Assembly: GCA_965214705.1 (NCBI GenBank)
Contig: CBDCCI010000002.1
Coordinates: 2,432,001-2,496,000, forward strand
Source of the DNA: Alphaproteobacteria bacterium
GTDB taxonomy: Bacteria > Pseudomonadota > Alphaproteobacteria > UBA828
Direction: 5' to 3'
Length of the DNA stretch: 64,000 nucleotides
The notes below the pieces were generated by a model, which was not told the DNA's origin, ran no database searches, and saw only the letters and a program-made list of their open reading frames with translations. Positions 32,306-42,743 of this stretch are shown here, piece after piece. A program made the translations under genes and the position numbers. Within the stretch, counting starts at the first letter, position 1; every line of letters begins with the position of its first letter.

Positions 32306-32652
32306 TCGCGGCCCCCTCGCTTCGCATCGTGTTGGCGACGCGGCCGGTTGATTTTCGTCGCGGCCACGACGCGCTTGCGGCGACGGCGGCGGGGGAGCTG
32401 GACCTCGATATCTATTCCGGGGTGATCGTGATCTTCCGCTCGCGCCGCGGCGACAGGCTCAAGCTCCTTGCGTGGGACGGCAGCGGTCTGGTGATGACCT
32501 ACAAGCGTCTGGAGCAGGGCCGCTTCGCCTGGCCTCGGATCGAGGATGGTGTGATGCGCCTTACGAAGGGCCAGTTCGAGGCCCTCTTCGAGGGTCTGGA
32601 CTGGCGCCGGGTGAAGGCCCGCCCGGTTCGCCGCCCGCTGGCGGCGGAGTGA
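32302..32652 (+). CDS. tnpB: IS66 accessory protein TnpB
   Basis: PVDFRRGHDAL...KLLAWDGSGL...KRLEQGRFAWP. Confidence 0.92.
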   Translation: MIAAPSLRIVLATRPVDFRRGHDALAATAAGELDLDIYSGVIVIFRSRRGDRLKLLAWDGSGLVMTYKRLEQGRFAWPRIEDGVMRLTKGQFEALFEGLDWRRVKARPVRRPLAAE

Positions 32653-32745
32653 GGCGGCACGCAGGCGGGGCCGCAGATTTCGGTCGCGGTCCCGCCTGCA
32701 CTTTTCCCTGGTCATGCATTGGCGAATCGGATTAAGGGGTGGCCC

Positions 32746-34461
32746 ATGCCGAAGGTCACGCCCTCACCCCTCAGCAGCGCCGGTTCGCCGTCGCCTGCGG
32801 TGGTTTCGGCGGCGCTGGCGGCCCTGCATGCGGAGCTTGACGACGAGCGCGCGGCGCGCCGGGCGACGGAAGCAGCCCTATGCGAAGCGGAGCAGGCACG
32901 CGGCGCGGCGGAGGCGGCGAGGCAGACGGCGGAAGCGCGGGCGGCACGGCTGGAGGCCGAGAACGCGCAGAGCGCGGAGCAGATCAGCCGGCTTGAGCAT
33001 CTCAACAAGGAGCTCAGGAAGGCGCTGTTCGGTCCGCGCTCCGAGAAGCTCGGCGAGGACGAGCGCCAGCTTACGTTCGAGGAGTTTTGGGCGGCGATCG
33101 CTGAAGCCGGCGGTCGGCCCGAGGCAGATGACCAGGAGCAGGACGAGGGGGCTGGCGGCAAGCGCCGGCGGCGCTCTTCCCGGGGGTCGCGCAGCGGGGT
33201 GCGCTTCGGGCCCCAGGTCGACCGGCGCGAGGAGGTGATCGAGCCGGACACGATCATGTGCCCCTGCGGCTGCGGCGAGATGACGAAGATCGGCGAGGAC
33301 CGCAGCGAGCGGCTGGACTATGAGCCGGCGAAGTTCACCGTCATCGAGACCGTGCGCCCCCGCTACGCCTGCAACAAGTGCAAGGGGGGCGGGGTGGTGC
33401 AGTCGCCGGCGCCGGCCGCTCTGGTCGAGGGCGGCCTTCCCACCGAGGCTCTTCTGGCGCAGGTGCTGATCGCGAAGTACGGCGATCATTGCCCGCTCTA
33501 TCGCCAGTCGCAGATCTACGAGCGCTCGGGGATCGAGGTTCACCGTGCGACGCTGGCGACGTGGGTGGGCCAGGCGTCGTTTCACCTGCGCCCCGTGGTC
33601 GCTTGCCTGGAGGATGAGCTGAAGAAGTCGGATCACCTGGGTCTGGACGAGACCACGATCCGCGTTCTCGACCCGGGCCGGGGCAAGACGAAGACGGGCT
33701 ACATGTGGACCCTTGTGCGTGACGAGCGCCACTGGAGCGGCACGGACCCGCCGGGCGTCGTCTATCGCTATGCGCCCGGCCGCGGCGGCAAGTATGGCGC
33801 CGAGCTTATGGAGGGCTTTTCGGGGACGGTGCAGCTCGACGGCTACTCGGGCCACAACATCCTGGCGCGGCCGGACCGGGCGGAAGGCCCTGTGACGCGG
33901 GCCCTCTGTTGGGCGCATGTAAGACGGAAGCTGAAAGAGGTATACGACTCGAGCGCATCGCCGATCGCGCTGGCCGGTCTGAATCGGATCGCGAAGCTCT
34001 ATGCGATCGAGAAGAAGATCCGGGGCAAGCCGCCGGCGGAGCGCCGCGCGATCCGTTGGGAGGAGTCGGCGCCGATCGTGAACACCTTCGGTGTCTGGCT
34101 CGACGAGCAGCGCTCGCGCGTCTCACCGCGCTCGCGTCTCGGCGAGAAGCTGACCTATATCGCCAACCAGTGGGACGGGCTGCTGGAGTTCCTGCACGAC
34201 GGTCGTGTCGAGATCGACTCGAACCTGGTGGAAAACCGAATCCGGCCGCTGAAGCTCACCGCCAAGAACGCGCTCTTCGCCGGCAACGACGAGGGTGCGC
34301 AAGCCTGGGCCCGCATCGCCTCGCTGATCGAGACCTGCAAGATGAACGGCGTCGAGCCCTACGCCTGGATGCGGAGCACGCTCGAGAAGATCGCCAAGGG
34401 CCACCCGCAGTCGGGCATCCAGGAGCTTCTGCCGTGGAACTTCCAGCCCGAGGCAAAATGA
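32746..34461 (+). CDS. tnpC: IS66 transposase TnpC
   Basis: Coiled coil, FGPRSEK, CPCGC, PLYRQ, LDETT, CWAHVRRK, IDSNLVENRIR, ELLPWN. Confidence 0.93.
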   Translation: MPKVTPSPLSSAGSPSPAVVSAALAALHAELDDERAARRATEAALCEAEQARGAAEAARQTAEARAARLEAENAQSAEQISRLEHLNKELRKALFGPRSEKLGEDERQLTFEEFWAAIAEAGGRPEADDQEQDEGAGGKRRRRSSRGSRSGVRFGPQVDRREEVIEPDTIMCPCGCGEMTKIGEDRSERLDYEPAKFTVIETVRPRYACNKCKGGGVVQSPAPAALVEGGLPTEALLAQVLIAKYGDHCPLYRQSQIYERSGIEVHRATLATWVGQASFHLRPVVACLEDELKKSDHLGLDETTIRVLDPGRGKTKTGYMWTLVRDERHWSGTDPPGVVYRYAPGRGGKYGAELMEGFSGTVQLDGYSGHNILARPDRAEGPVTRALCWAHVRRKLKEVYDSSASPIALAGLNRIAKLYAIEKKIRGKPPAERRAIRWEESAPIVNTFGVWLDEQRSRVSPRSRLGEKLTYIANQWDGLLEFLHDGRVEIDSNLVENRIRPLKLTAKNALFAGNDEGAQAWARIASLIETCKMNGVEPYAWMRSTLEKIAKGHPQSGIQELLPWNFQPEAK

Positions 34462-34541
34462 CTCGCGCGCTCACGGCGCTCCTCAAGAAATCCCCGTCGT
34501 AGTCAAGCCAGATTCCGGTATGGGGTCTGCGTACCGCTTAC

Positions 34542-36872
34542 GCCAGAAGTGCGCGCAAGGGCCCGACGTCCAGGGCCACACGCAGGTTGTTCTCCACGAG
34601 CATGCCTTCCGGAAGAGACGCGGCCGCCAAGCGCACCGCCCGCTCGGCCGTGGAAACGGAGGCGACCTCACCGCTTAGCGCCACCCCCCGCGCAACCCGC
34701 TGCACCTGCACCCCGTCCAGCCCCGGCTCATCGGCCATGAGAGAGCGCAGCGGCCCAAGGTCCAGCCCAACCTCAAGGTTGTCCTCGACCAGCATCTCCT
34801 CGGGGATGGAGGCAGCGGCGAGGCCGACAGCGCGCTCCGCCGCCTCTGCCGATCCGACCGCTCCGGTAAGTGCCACGCCGCGTGCCAGCCGCTGAACGCG
34901 CACATCCCGAAGGTCGGGGTCCATGGCCAGAAGTGCGCGCAAGGGACCGATGTCCAGAGCCACCCGCAGGTTGTTCTCGACCGAGATGTTTTCCGGGAGC
35001 GAGGCGGCCGCAAGCCGCACCGCCCGGTCGGCCGTGGCGACGGAGGCGACCTCGCCACTCAGGGCCACGCCCCGTGCAACCCGCTGCACCTGCACCCCGT
35101 CCAGCCCCGGCTCTCCCGCCATGAGCGAGCGTAGCGGCCCGAGGTCCAGCCCAACCTCAAGGTTGTCCTCGACCAGCATCCCCTCGGGGATGGAGGCAGC
35201 GGCGAGGCCGACAGCGCGCTCCGCCGCCTCTGCAAACCCGACCGCTCCGGTAAGCGCCACGCCGCGTGCCAGCCGCTGAACGCGCACATCCCGCAGGTCG
35301 GGGTCCATGGCCAGAAGTGCGCGCAAGGGACCGACGTCCAGGGCCACCCGCAGGTTATTCTCGACCGGCATGTCCTCCGGAAGAGAGGCGGCCGTTAGGC
35401 GGACCGCCCGATCGGCGGTGGCGACGGACGCGACCTCGCCACTCAGCGCCACCCCCCGCGCAACCCGCTGCACCTGCACCCCGTCCAGCCCCGGCTCATC
35501 GGCCATGAGAGAGCGCAGCGGCCCGAGGTCCAGCCCCACCTCAAGGTTGTCCTCGACCAGCATGCCCTCCGGAATGGAGGCAACGGCAAGGCCGACTGCC
35601 CGATCGGCCGCCGCCGGAGAGCCCACCTCGCCACTGAGCGCGACCCCACGTGCCAGCCGCTGAACGCGCACATCCCGAAGGTCGGGGTCCATGGCCAGAA
35701 GTGCACGCAAGGGACCGACGTCCAGGGCCACACGCAGGTTGTTCTGGACCGGCATGCCTTCCGGAAGAGACGCGGCCGCAAGACGCACCGCCCGATCGAC
35801 AGTGGCGACGGAGGCGACCTCGCCGCTCAGGGCCACACCCCGCGCAACACGCTGCACCTGAACCCCACCCAGCCCCGCCTCGCCCGCCATGAGCGCGCGC
35901 AGCGGCCCGAGGTCCAGCCCCACCTCAAGGTTGTCCTCCACCAACATCCCTTCCGGGATAGAAGCCACCGCGAGCCCAACCGCACGCTCGGCCGCCGCCG
36001 AAGAGCCCACCTCGCCACTGAGAGCGATCCCGCGCGCCAGTCGCTGCACGCGCACATCCCGCAGGTCGGGGTCCACGGCCAGAAGTGCGCGCAAGGAACC
36101 GACGTCCAGGGCCACACGCAGGTTGTTCTCCACGAGCATGCCTTCCGGAAGAGACGCGGCCGCAAGGCGCACCGCGCGCTCGGCCGTGGCGACGGAGGCG
36201 ACCTCGCCGCTCAGGGCCACACCCCGCGCAACCCGCTGTACCTGTACTCCGTCCAACCCTGGCTCACCCGCCATGAGCGAGCGCAGCGGCTCGAGGTCCA
36301 GCCCCACCTCAAGGTTGTCCTCCACCAGCATCCCCTCGGGGATGGAGGCAACGGCAAGACCGACCGCACGCTCGGCCGCCGCCGGAGAGCCCACCTCGCC
36401 ACTCAGAGCGACCCCGCGCGCCAGCCGCTGCACCTGCACGCCCTGCAGATCCGGATCGGCGGCCAGAAGTGCGCGTAGCGGTGCGACATCGAGAGCCACC
36501 CGCAGACTGTTCTCGACCGGCATGCCTTCCGGAAGAGAGGCGGCCGCAAGGCGCACCGCCCGATCGGCGGTGTCGACGGACGCGACCTCGCCGCTCAGAG
36601 CCACCCCCCGCGCAACCCGCTGCACCTGCACCCCGTCCAGCCCCGGCTCTCCGGCAAGGAGCGAACGCAGCGGCCCGAGGTCCAACCCAACCTCAAGGTT
36701 GTTCTCCACCAGCATCCCCTCGGGGATGGAGGCAACGGCAAGGCCGACCGCACGCTCGGCCGCCGCCGGAGAGCCCACCTCGCCACCGAGAGCTACCCCG
36801 CGCGCCAGCCGCTGAACGCGCACGTCGCGCAGATCCGGATCTGCGGCCAGCAGTGCACGCAAGGGCCCGACG
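34542..36872 (-). repeat. 192-bp (64-aa) tandem repeat, 12 full units alternating A/B (384-bp higher-order period)
   Basis: Type A (DPDLRDVRVQRLARG...SIPE...LEVGLD) alternates with type B (EPGLDGVQVQRVARG...SLPE...LRVALD). Confidence 0.95.
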
Positions 36873-39238
36873 TCGATCACCACGAGAACATCCCGCTCCA
36901 GAACGGAGCCATCCTCGCCAAGCACGGAAATCGACGTGCTGCCCGCCGTCTGACCTAGGACGTACAGCACAGTGGGAGAGAGAAGCTGCACGTCTGCGAT
37001 CTCGGGGGAAGCAGCCGCCACTGCCTTTGCGGGACTGTCGAGATGCCACCGACGACTCTTTCCCAGCACGACAATCCACTCGTCATGGGGGAGCGCATCA
37101 CCTGGAGGATACTCAGGCGGCTGGGACTCCAAATTGGGTAGATCTTCCGCGGACGCTAGCGATAGCGAGGGAGCGGCGGAATAGGGCGCGGCACCGCCGG
37201 TCCAGGCATGTGCTGTCGGCCGTTCGTTCGGACTCATCCCCGACGGCGTGGAAGCAAAGGAAGCGAAAGGCGTATCGGAAGTCCGAACTCGATCAGGGGC
37301 GGGTTCTGCGAGGGCCACACTCTCGTACCACCCCGCCTGGCGCTCTCCTTCACCGTTGAGCCGTCCAGGCCCATCCTCAGGCAGTAACGCGGCGGTCAGG
37401 AGAGCTGCGTCCGATTCGGAGGTTGGATCGGACGCGAACGCAGTCGCGCTCGACGTGGACGAGGCGCGGTCGGGTGAAAATGCCGGCTGCAGGAACGCTC
37501 CTTCGGACCATGAAACGAGACCGAGGTTGGCAGCCGAGAGAGTCATGTTCCTGGGCCACGCGGCTCCTTGTTCCCAAACGTGGCCGCGCGACGAAGGTGT
37601 AGCTCCGGAATAGAATGCGTCTACCAAGGATGCCGCGCCGGCTCTGCGCGCGAATTCGGACGCCGTCGCGTTCGTGCCTGACTGCAGCATCGTGAGGTCG
37701 AGCAAGAAGATGGACTGCAGGAATGTCGCATGTGACAAGGAGACGTGACCGAAATCGGCAGCACCGAAGATCAGTCGTTGGGACAACGCGGCTCCCGGCT
37801 CCCACCAGCCGTTAGGCGGCGCGGATGAGCGGCTGGAAGTGGACGGGACGGGACGGGATGGCGCATGTCCTTCGGTCATTGACTGGGACGCCGCAGGCGT
37901 CGCTCTTCGCGTCAACCTGATGGGATTGGACGGAAGAGCAGGATGATCGAATGATGCATCCGACAAGGTGTCGACGTTGAAGTCGGCAGCCGCCACGGTC
38001 GCTCTCTCCAACCATGCAGAATCCGGCTCCTGCATGCCGCTCATCAATAAGGGTGCAACACCGGTAGAGGACGGGTTGGGAACGGGGACCGCGTCGGATT
38101 CGGTCGTTGGTGCCGGCGCCGACGCTGTCGCGGCGGTCGGCGTTGTGGCGTCTGCGGTCGAAAGGAACAGGGGAGTCGGAGACCCCTCGGGCGGCGCGGT
38201 GAAGTCGGGGTCGGTGGCGCCGGAGACGGCCATGATCGCGGACCGAGCGGCATAAGGATTCGGAACGCCCTGCTGCGATGCAAACGAGGCTTTTGGCGAA
38301 GGCGGGTTCGGGGCGCCCGCCTCCCCGCCCCCGGATGTGGATTGGGGCCGAGGCGCTCCGGCGTAATCGGGAACGGCGAATACTGCGTCCGCCGCGGGAA
38401 GAACGTCCCAGCCAGCCTCGCCGGTGAGGCGGAGCGTCAGCCCCAACGTACCTCCGAGTGCAATACCTGTTGAGGGCCCGAGCCCTTTGCTCGCGATCAA
38501 TGGCGGCGGGTCGAGGGGAGGCCACTCCAGCAGGAGTCTGGTATCGACCCGGCGCGGCGGCATTGACTGTCGGCGGGCAGTGTCCACAAGGTTCTGCAAT
38601 GCGCGTGAGTCGTCTTCCTCCCAGTAGGACGCGTCATATCGTTCGTAGATACCTGCTGCCGCGTCGATCCGACCGGAAGCGATCAGCATACGAACGAAGT
38701 TGGCTGCGATCCGGGGATGTGCCGAGGGATGGCGGAGCGCTTCGGTGTAGTGGGTTTCGGCGGTCTCGTAGTCGGCTTCGAGTACGGCGGCGACGGCGAG
38801 GCCGTTTTCGATCCACATGACTGACGAGGGATCTTGTACGAGCGCTCGCGCATCCAGCAGGTGTTGACGCGCCGCTTGGGTATCGCCGAGAGCGAGCGCC
38901 GTCCGCCCGGCACCGAGGAGCGCCTCTCCCCTGGTAGCGGGTGAGGCCTGCGCCAGGTCCGCAGCCTGGAGAAACTGTCGGCGCGCCGCGTTGAAGTCAT
39001 GGTCGTGCAGGAAGATGTAGCCCAGTCCCAGGACAGGTTCAGGCGCATCGTCGAATCGCTCTGCAAGCGAAAGGTAGAGCCTCCGGGCAACGGCCGGCTG
39101 TCCCGCCGCGAGCGCGGCGGAAGCGACGGACAGATGGTCTCGAAGCAGCTCCCTGGCGCCGGGCCTGTCGGCCGGCTCGGAGACGCCGGAGCAGGCGGCG
39201 ACAAAAATAAGCGTGGCAAGCGCGGCGGTTGCGGGCAT
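34542..39238 (-). pseudogene. cpaC: N-terminal piece of the giant secretin: lipoprotein signal, TadD-like TPR, long linker, CpaC pilus-N domain, 12+ BON-like repeats
   Basis: Lipobox FVAAC; TPR motifs (PVLGLG, ALLGAG, ENGLAV); LGKSRRWHLDSPAKAVAAASPEIADV...GSTSISV; start codon uncertain. Confidence 0.85.
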
Positions 39239-39362
39239 GCGTCTTGCGGAATTCAAGCGCAATACCGAACTTTTGAATCGGGACGCCAAACTTCGATGAT
39301 GAGCAGTTCGGACGTTCAAAATCTTCGCCTCCCGTGCCCGCGGTGAACCGGCGGCCGGAAAC

Positions 39363-40451
39363 TCAGGCGCAATCCACATGCCGAAACGAATTCGCGGAGA
39401 ATCGTGATCTCCAGGCATCGAACAGGGCATCGCGAGAACCGCTGAAGCGCGCCTGAATGGTCACGTACTCCTGCTGTGTTGTCGTGTTCGCGGCGGATTG
39501 AACGGAATATCCGAGCCTCTTCAGGCTGGTCATCCGCCGCTGCGCATTCGCTCTGCTCCTGTACACACCGAGCGAGACCGCGTTTCTCAGTTCACCTCCG
39601 AGGATGACCGCGACGTCGCGGATTCCCCGGCTCTTGAGTTCGCGCAATGTCCGAAGGGCACTCTTGCGGCTGTCCAAGGGCGGGATGTAGACCCGGTGGC
39701 TCTCGATCGTCTCACGCGGCTCCGCGGCTATCGCGAGAATCTCCGCCCCTCGCGAGCGCAGCCATTGCTTGGCGTCCTCAACGTCGTCGCGAGTCTCGAA
39801 CTCGCCCACCGACACACAGGCGGCATCGGCAACGGCCAAGGCGGCAGTCGGGCTCTGACGCTCTTCGCGTGCGAACCGGTCTGTAGCCCGTGCACCGGCC
39901 TCGCCCATCTCGGGCGCCTCTGAAACGACCGGTTCCGAGGTGCGCGGAATGGATGAGCGGACCGGCTCGCTGCGCTCTCGGACTATGGTCGTGCCGAAGC
40001 CGAGTTCCCGGGCGCGGGCGTAGGCACCGCGCGCCAGCTTCACGTAGATGTCGCCCAGGTTCTGGTATCCGATGGCGTCGGTCTGGCGTTCGAGTGCACC
40101 GAGGAGGACCCCGCGCGCGTCCTCGAGCCGGCCCTCTTGAACGTAGACGACGGCCAAATTGTTGTAGGCCTCGAACAAGTCGGGAAAGTCCCGCACGAGT
40201 GAGCGGAAGGTGTCGATCGCCTCGTCCCGATCTCCCTCGTGCAGGCGTAAGATCCCGTGCAGAAGCCGTGCATGGGAACTGCCGGGCTCTCGCTCAAGCA
40301 GCGGATCAAGGGTGAGACGTGCTTCCCGATAGCGTTCTTCGTCTGCGAGCGAGATCGCGCGGTCGAGCGTGTCCTCGGACAGCGCGGCGTTGGACGAGAG
40401 AGTCGCCGCTGACATCGCCAGCGCCAGCAGGACCGCGCCGATCTTCGTCAT
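39363..40451 (-). CDS. Secreted TPR + SPOR-domain protein
   Basis: Signal peptide; TPR (EAYNNLAVVY, YQNLGDIY); C-terminal NAVSLGVYRSRANAQRR SPOR-like region. Confidence 0.8.
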   Translation of the reverse strand: MTKIGAVLLALAMSAATLSSNAALSEDTLDRAISLADEERYREARLTLDPLLEREPGSSHARLLHGILRLHEGDRDEAIDTFRSLVRDFPDLFEAYNNLAVVYVQEGRLEDARGVLLGALERQTDAIGYQNLGDIYVKLARGAYARARELGFGTTIVRERSEPVRSSIPRTSEPVVSEAPEMGEAGARATDRFAREERQSPTAALAVADAACVSVGEFETRDDVEDAKQWLRSRGAEILAIAAEPRETIESHRVYIPPLDSRKSALRTLRELKSRGIRDVAVILGGELRNAVSLGVYRSRANAQRRMTSLKRLGYSVQSAANTTTQQEYVTIQARFSGSRDALFDAWRSRFSANSFRHVDCA

Positions 40452-41167
40452 GGCCGCCTCCAGTGCTCATCCAAGGCAGTGTTGTCTGCTCGCCGCGGCA
40501 GATCTGCGCGCGTGCGCTGGACCGCCTCATCGACATGCGGCGGACGCGTCTCCCTGGATTGCTGCCCAGTGGGATGGTCGTTCGCTTCACTGCGGTTGCT
40601 GGTACCGGCGATCCAGCCGGCAATGAACTTGTTGGCGATCGCGCGGATCCCTTCGTGAAGGTTCTCTGCAACCAAAGCGACCCGGGCAATCTCCTCAGGG
40701 TCTCGAGGGTCCGGTGCCTCGGCGGTGGAGGGCCATCCGGCTGCATTCCGCGCTGCGGATCCGACGCTCTTGAAGGCGTCCGAAATCATCGACGCCTCTT
40801 CCAATGCAGTCGGCATCGGCTTGTCGTATGCGCGTCTGACGCGGTCGAGCGTGAGTTCCAGCCTGCGAGCCGCTTCCAGCGTCTCGCGTTCGTTCTCCGA
40901 GAACTCACTGCCTTCGGCTTCTCCCTTGTCCAGGATCCAGCTGCTCTCCTTTCCGGCGTTCTGCAGCTCGTTGTGTGCTCTCCGAGCGTCCAGCGAATAG
41001 GTGAGACCCAGACGAACCTGCTGGATCAAGCCGAGGGGCGTAAGATGACCGACGGCACCGGTCTCGATTTCGATGGCGCGGTATCCCACCTCTCCTTCTT
41101 CTTCGTGTTGGAGGCGGATACTCTTCGTGCGCGTTCCCTCACTCGTCTGGGCGCCTGCGTCCGTCAG
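40448..41167 (-). pseudogene. 3' part of an interrupted ~652-aa hypothetical gene
   Basis: Open frame from 41167 (LTDAGAQ...VGYRAIE) to a stop overlapping the next ATG; joins 43852-45090 in frame. Confidence 0.8.
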
Positions 41168-41247
41168 AAAAGGTTAAGGGTTGAAAAGGTTAAGGGTTGG
41201 GCAGGCTCTCTCTCGAGAGCCTGCCCAACCCTTTTGAACGAAGCCGC
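41168..41247. repeat. Element downstream end: 2x AAAAGGTTAAGGGTTG, perfect 19-bp hairpin (41192-41233), 14-bp IR (41234-41247)
   Basis: AAGGGTTGGGCAGGCTCTC-TCTC-GAGAGCCTGCCCAACCCTT read directly. Confidence 0.92.
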
Positions 41248-41495
41248 GGGCCACGAGAGGCGAAGTTGAGCTATGTGGAAAGTGCGCTGATGTCAGCGTC
41301 AGGCGGCATCCACCGGCAGCAGAGTTGCGCATAAAATCGACGCTCGCGCCGGTCTTTCGGCAGGCATGCGGGCGCACGCTGCGAGGACTGAGCGGGGTGT
41401 GAGCCGAGGGCTGTCAGCCCGGCTCAAGCGGAGACAGGTTCGGTCGTGCGTCGGCGCTTTGGCGCCGTTGCGCGGGGCCGAAGCGAGCGGGCGTC

Positions 41496-42737
41496 TCACG
41501 GTTTCCCCCTGTGGGTCGGCGGCAGCGCCGGCGGGCCGCGCGTCGAGCGGGGCTCATGGCGGCGGCGGATTTCGCGGACGAGGCGCATGACGCCGCCGCA
41601 GTGGGGGCAGGCCACGGGCGCGGTGCCGATCTCGGGCTCTTCGTCGGGCTCGGCCCGAGCGCCGTCCACGCTTCCCTCGGGGGCGGCGCAGCCGAGGGCG
41701 CCGAGAGCCTGGCGTGCTCTCTCCAGCGTGCTGGCGCGGCAGCCGTTGGCGAGGATGCCGAAGTAGCGAATGCGGTGCATGCCGTCCGGCAGGACGTGCC
41801 TCAGGAAGCGGCGGATGAACTCGTCGGCGCTCACGGTGGCGATGCCGTAGCGCGGCTTTCTCTGCCCCGGCGCCTTGGGCTTTCGGTGGCGGAAGGAGAC
41901 CGTCTCGCCGTCGAAGGAGACGATGCGGCTGTCGGAGATGGCGATCCTGTGCGTGTAGTGCGAGAGGTACCGGAAGACCTGCTCAGGCCCGCGGAAGGGC
42001 CGCTTGGCGTAGACCACCCAGTCCCTGGCCCGGGCGGCGGCAAGCGTGGCGTGGAACTCGCCGGGATTGGCGAGGTGGGCGAGGGTGCCGTGGAACTCCA
42101 GGTCCCCCCGGCCGTGGGCGCGGGCGAGCTCCTCGAGGAAGAGGCGGCGGAACAGGCTGCCGAGGACCTTGACGGGGGCGAGGAAGGTGGTGCTCCCCGT
42201 CTTCCACTCGCCACTGTCTACGTCGAAGCCCGCGTTGGGCACGACCACGTGCAGGTGCGGGTGGAAGCGGAGCTTCTGATCCCAGGTATGGAGGACCGCG
42301 GTGCCGCCGATGCGCATGCCGCCGTGGCGGGGATCGGCGGCGATGGTGCGCAGGGTCTCGGCGACGGCCCGGAAGAGGATGTCGAACACCACCCTGCGGT
42401 TGCAGAAGGCAATGGCGGCAACCTCCTTGGGCAGGGTGAAGACCACATGGAAGTAGGGCACCGGCAGGATGTCCCCGGCGCGCTCCTCGCTCCAGAGGTT
42501 GGCGGCGAGACCCTGGCAGGTGGGGCAGTGGCGGTTGCGGCAGGAGTTGAAGAGCGGATGCTCGCGCCCGCAGCCCTCGCAGGCGTACATGTGGCCGCCG
42601 AGCACGGCGGTGCGGCACGCCTCGATGGCGCCCATGACCTTGAGCCGGGCGGCGTCGATGCGCCCTTTGTGGCGCTCACGGAAAGCGGCGCCGGCGCGGC
42701 GGAAGATCTCCGCCACGCCCGCGCGTTCGGCCTCCAC
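41496..42737 (-). CDS. IS91-family HUH transposase (copy 2)
   Basis: Two amino-acid differences from 268-1509. Confidence 0.92.
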   Translation of the reverse strand: MEAERAGVAEIFRRAGAAFRERHKGRIDAARLKVMGAIEACRTAVLGGHMYACEGCGREHPLFNSCRNRHCPTCQGLAANLWSEERAGDILPVPYFHVVFTLPKEVAAIAFCNRRVVFDILFRAVAETLRTIAADPRHGGMRIGGTAVLHTWDQKLRFHPHLHVVVPNAGFDVDSGEWKTGSTTFLAPVKVLGSLFRRLFLEELARAHGRGDLEFHGTLAHLANPGEFHATLAAARARDWVVYAKRPFRGPEQVFRYLSHYTHRIAISDSRIVSFDGETVSFRHRKPKAPGQRKPRYGIATVSADEFIRRFLRHVLPDGMHRIRYFGILANGCRASTLERARQALGALGCAAPEGSVDGARAEPDEEPEIGTAPVACPHCGGVMRLVREIRRRHEPRSTRGPPALPPTHRGKP

Positions 42738-42743
42738 GCGCCG

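Larger units (their letters stand above)
31790..34541 (+). mobile_element. IS66-family element
   Basis: IRs GTAAGCGGTATCGGGCCCCCATAC / GTAAGCGGTACGCAGACCCCATAC; tnpA-tnpB-tnpC; flanks differ (no 8-bp TSD). Confidence 0.93.

Noticed and set aside
32302-32652. RNA-guided TnpB nuclease
   Set aside because: This is the unrelated 116-aa IS66 accessory TnpB, with no RuvC motifs
30892-32715. 607-aa ORF as a standalone gene
   Set aside because: Chimera of antisense IS66 sequence and the middle secretin fragment
34542-36872. Regular repeats as a CRISPR array
   Set aside because: Units are 192-bp in-frame coding repeats without unique spacers; no cas genes
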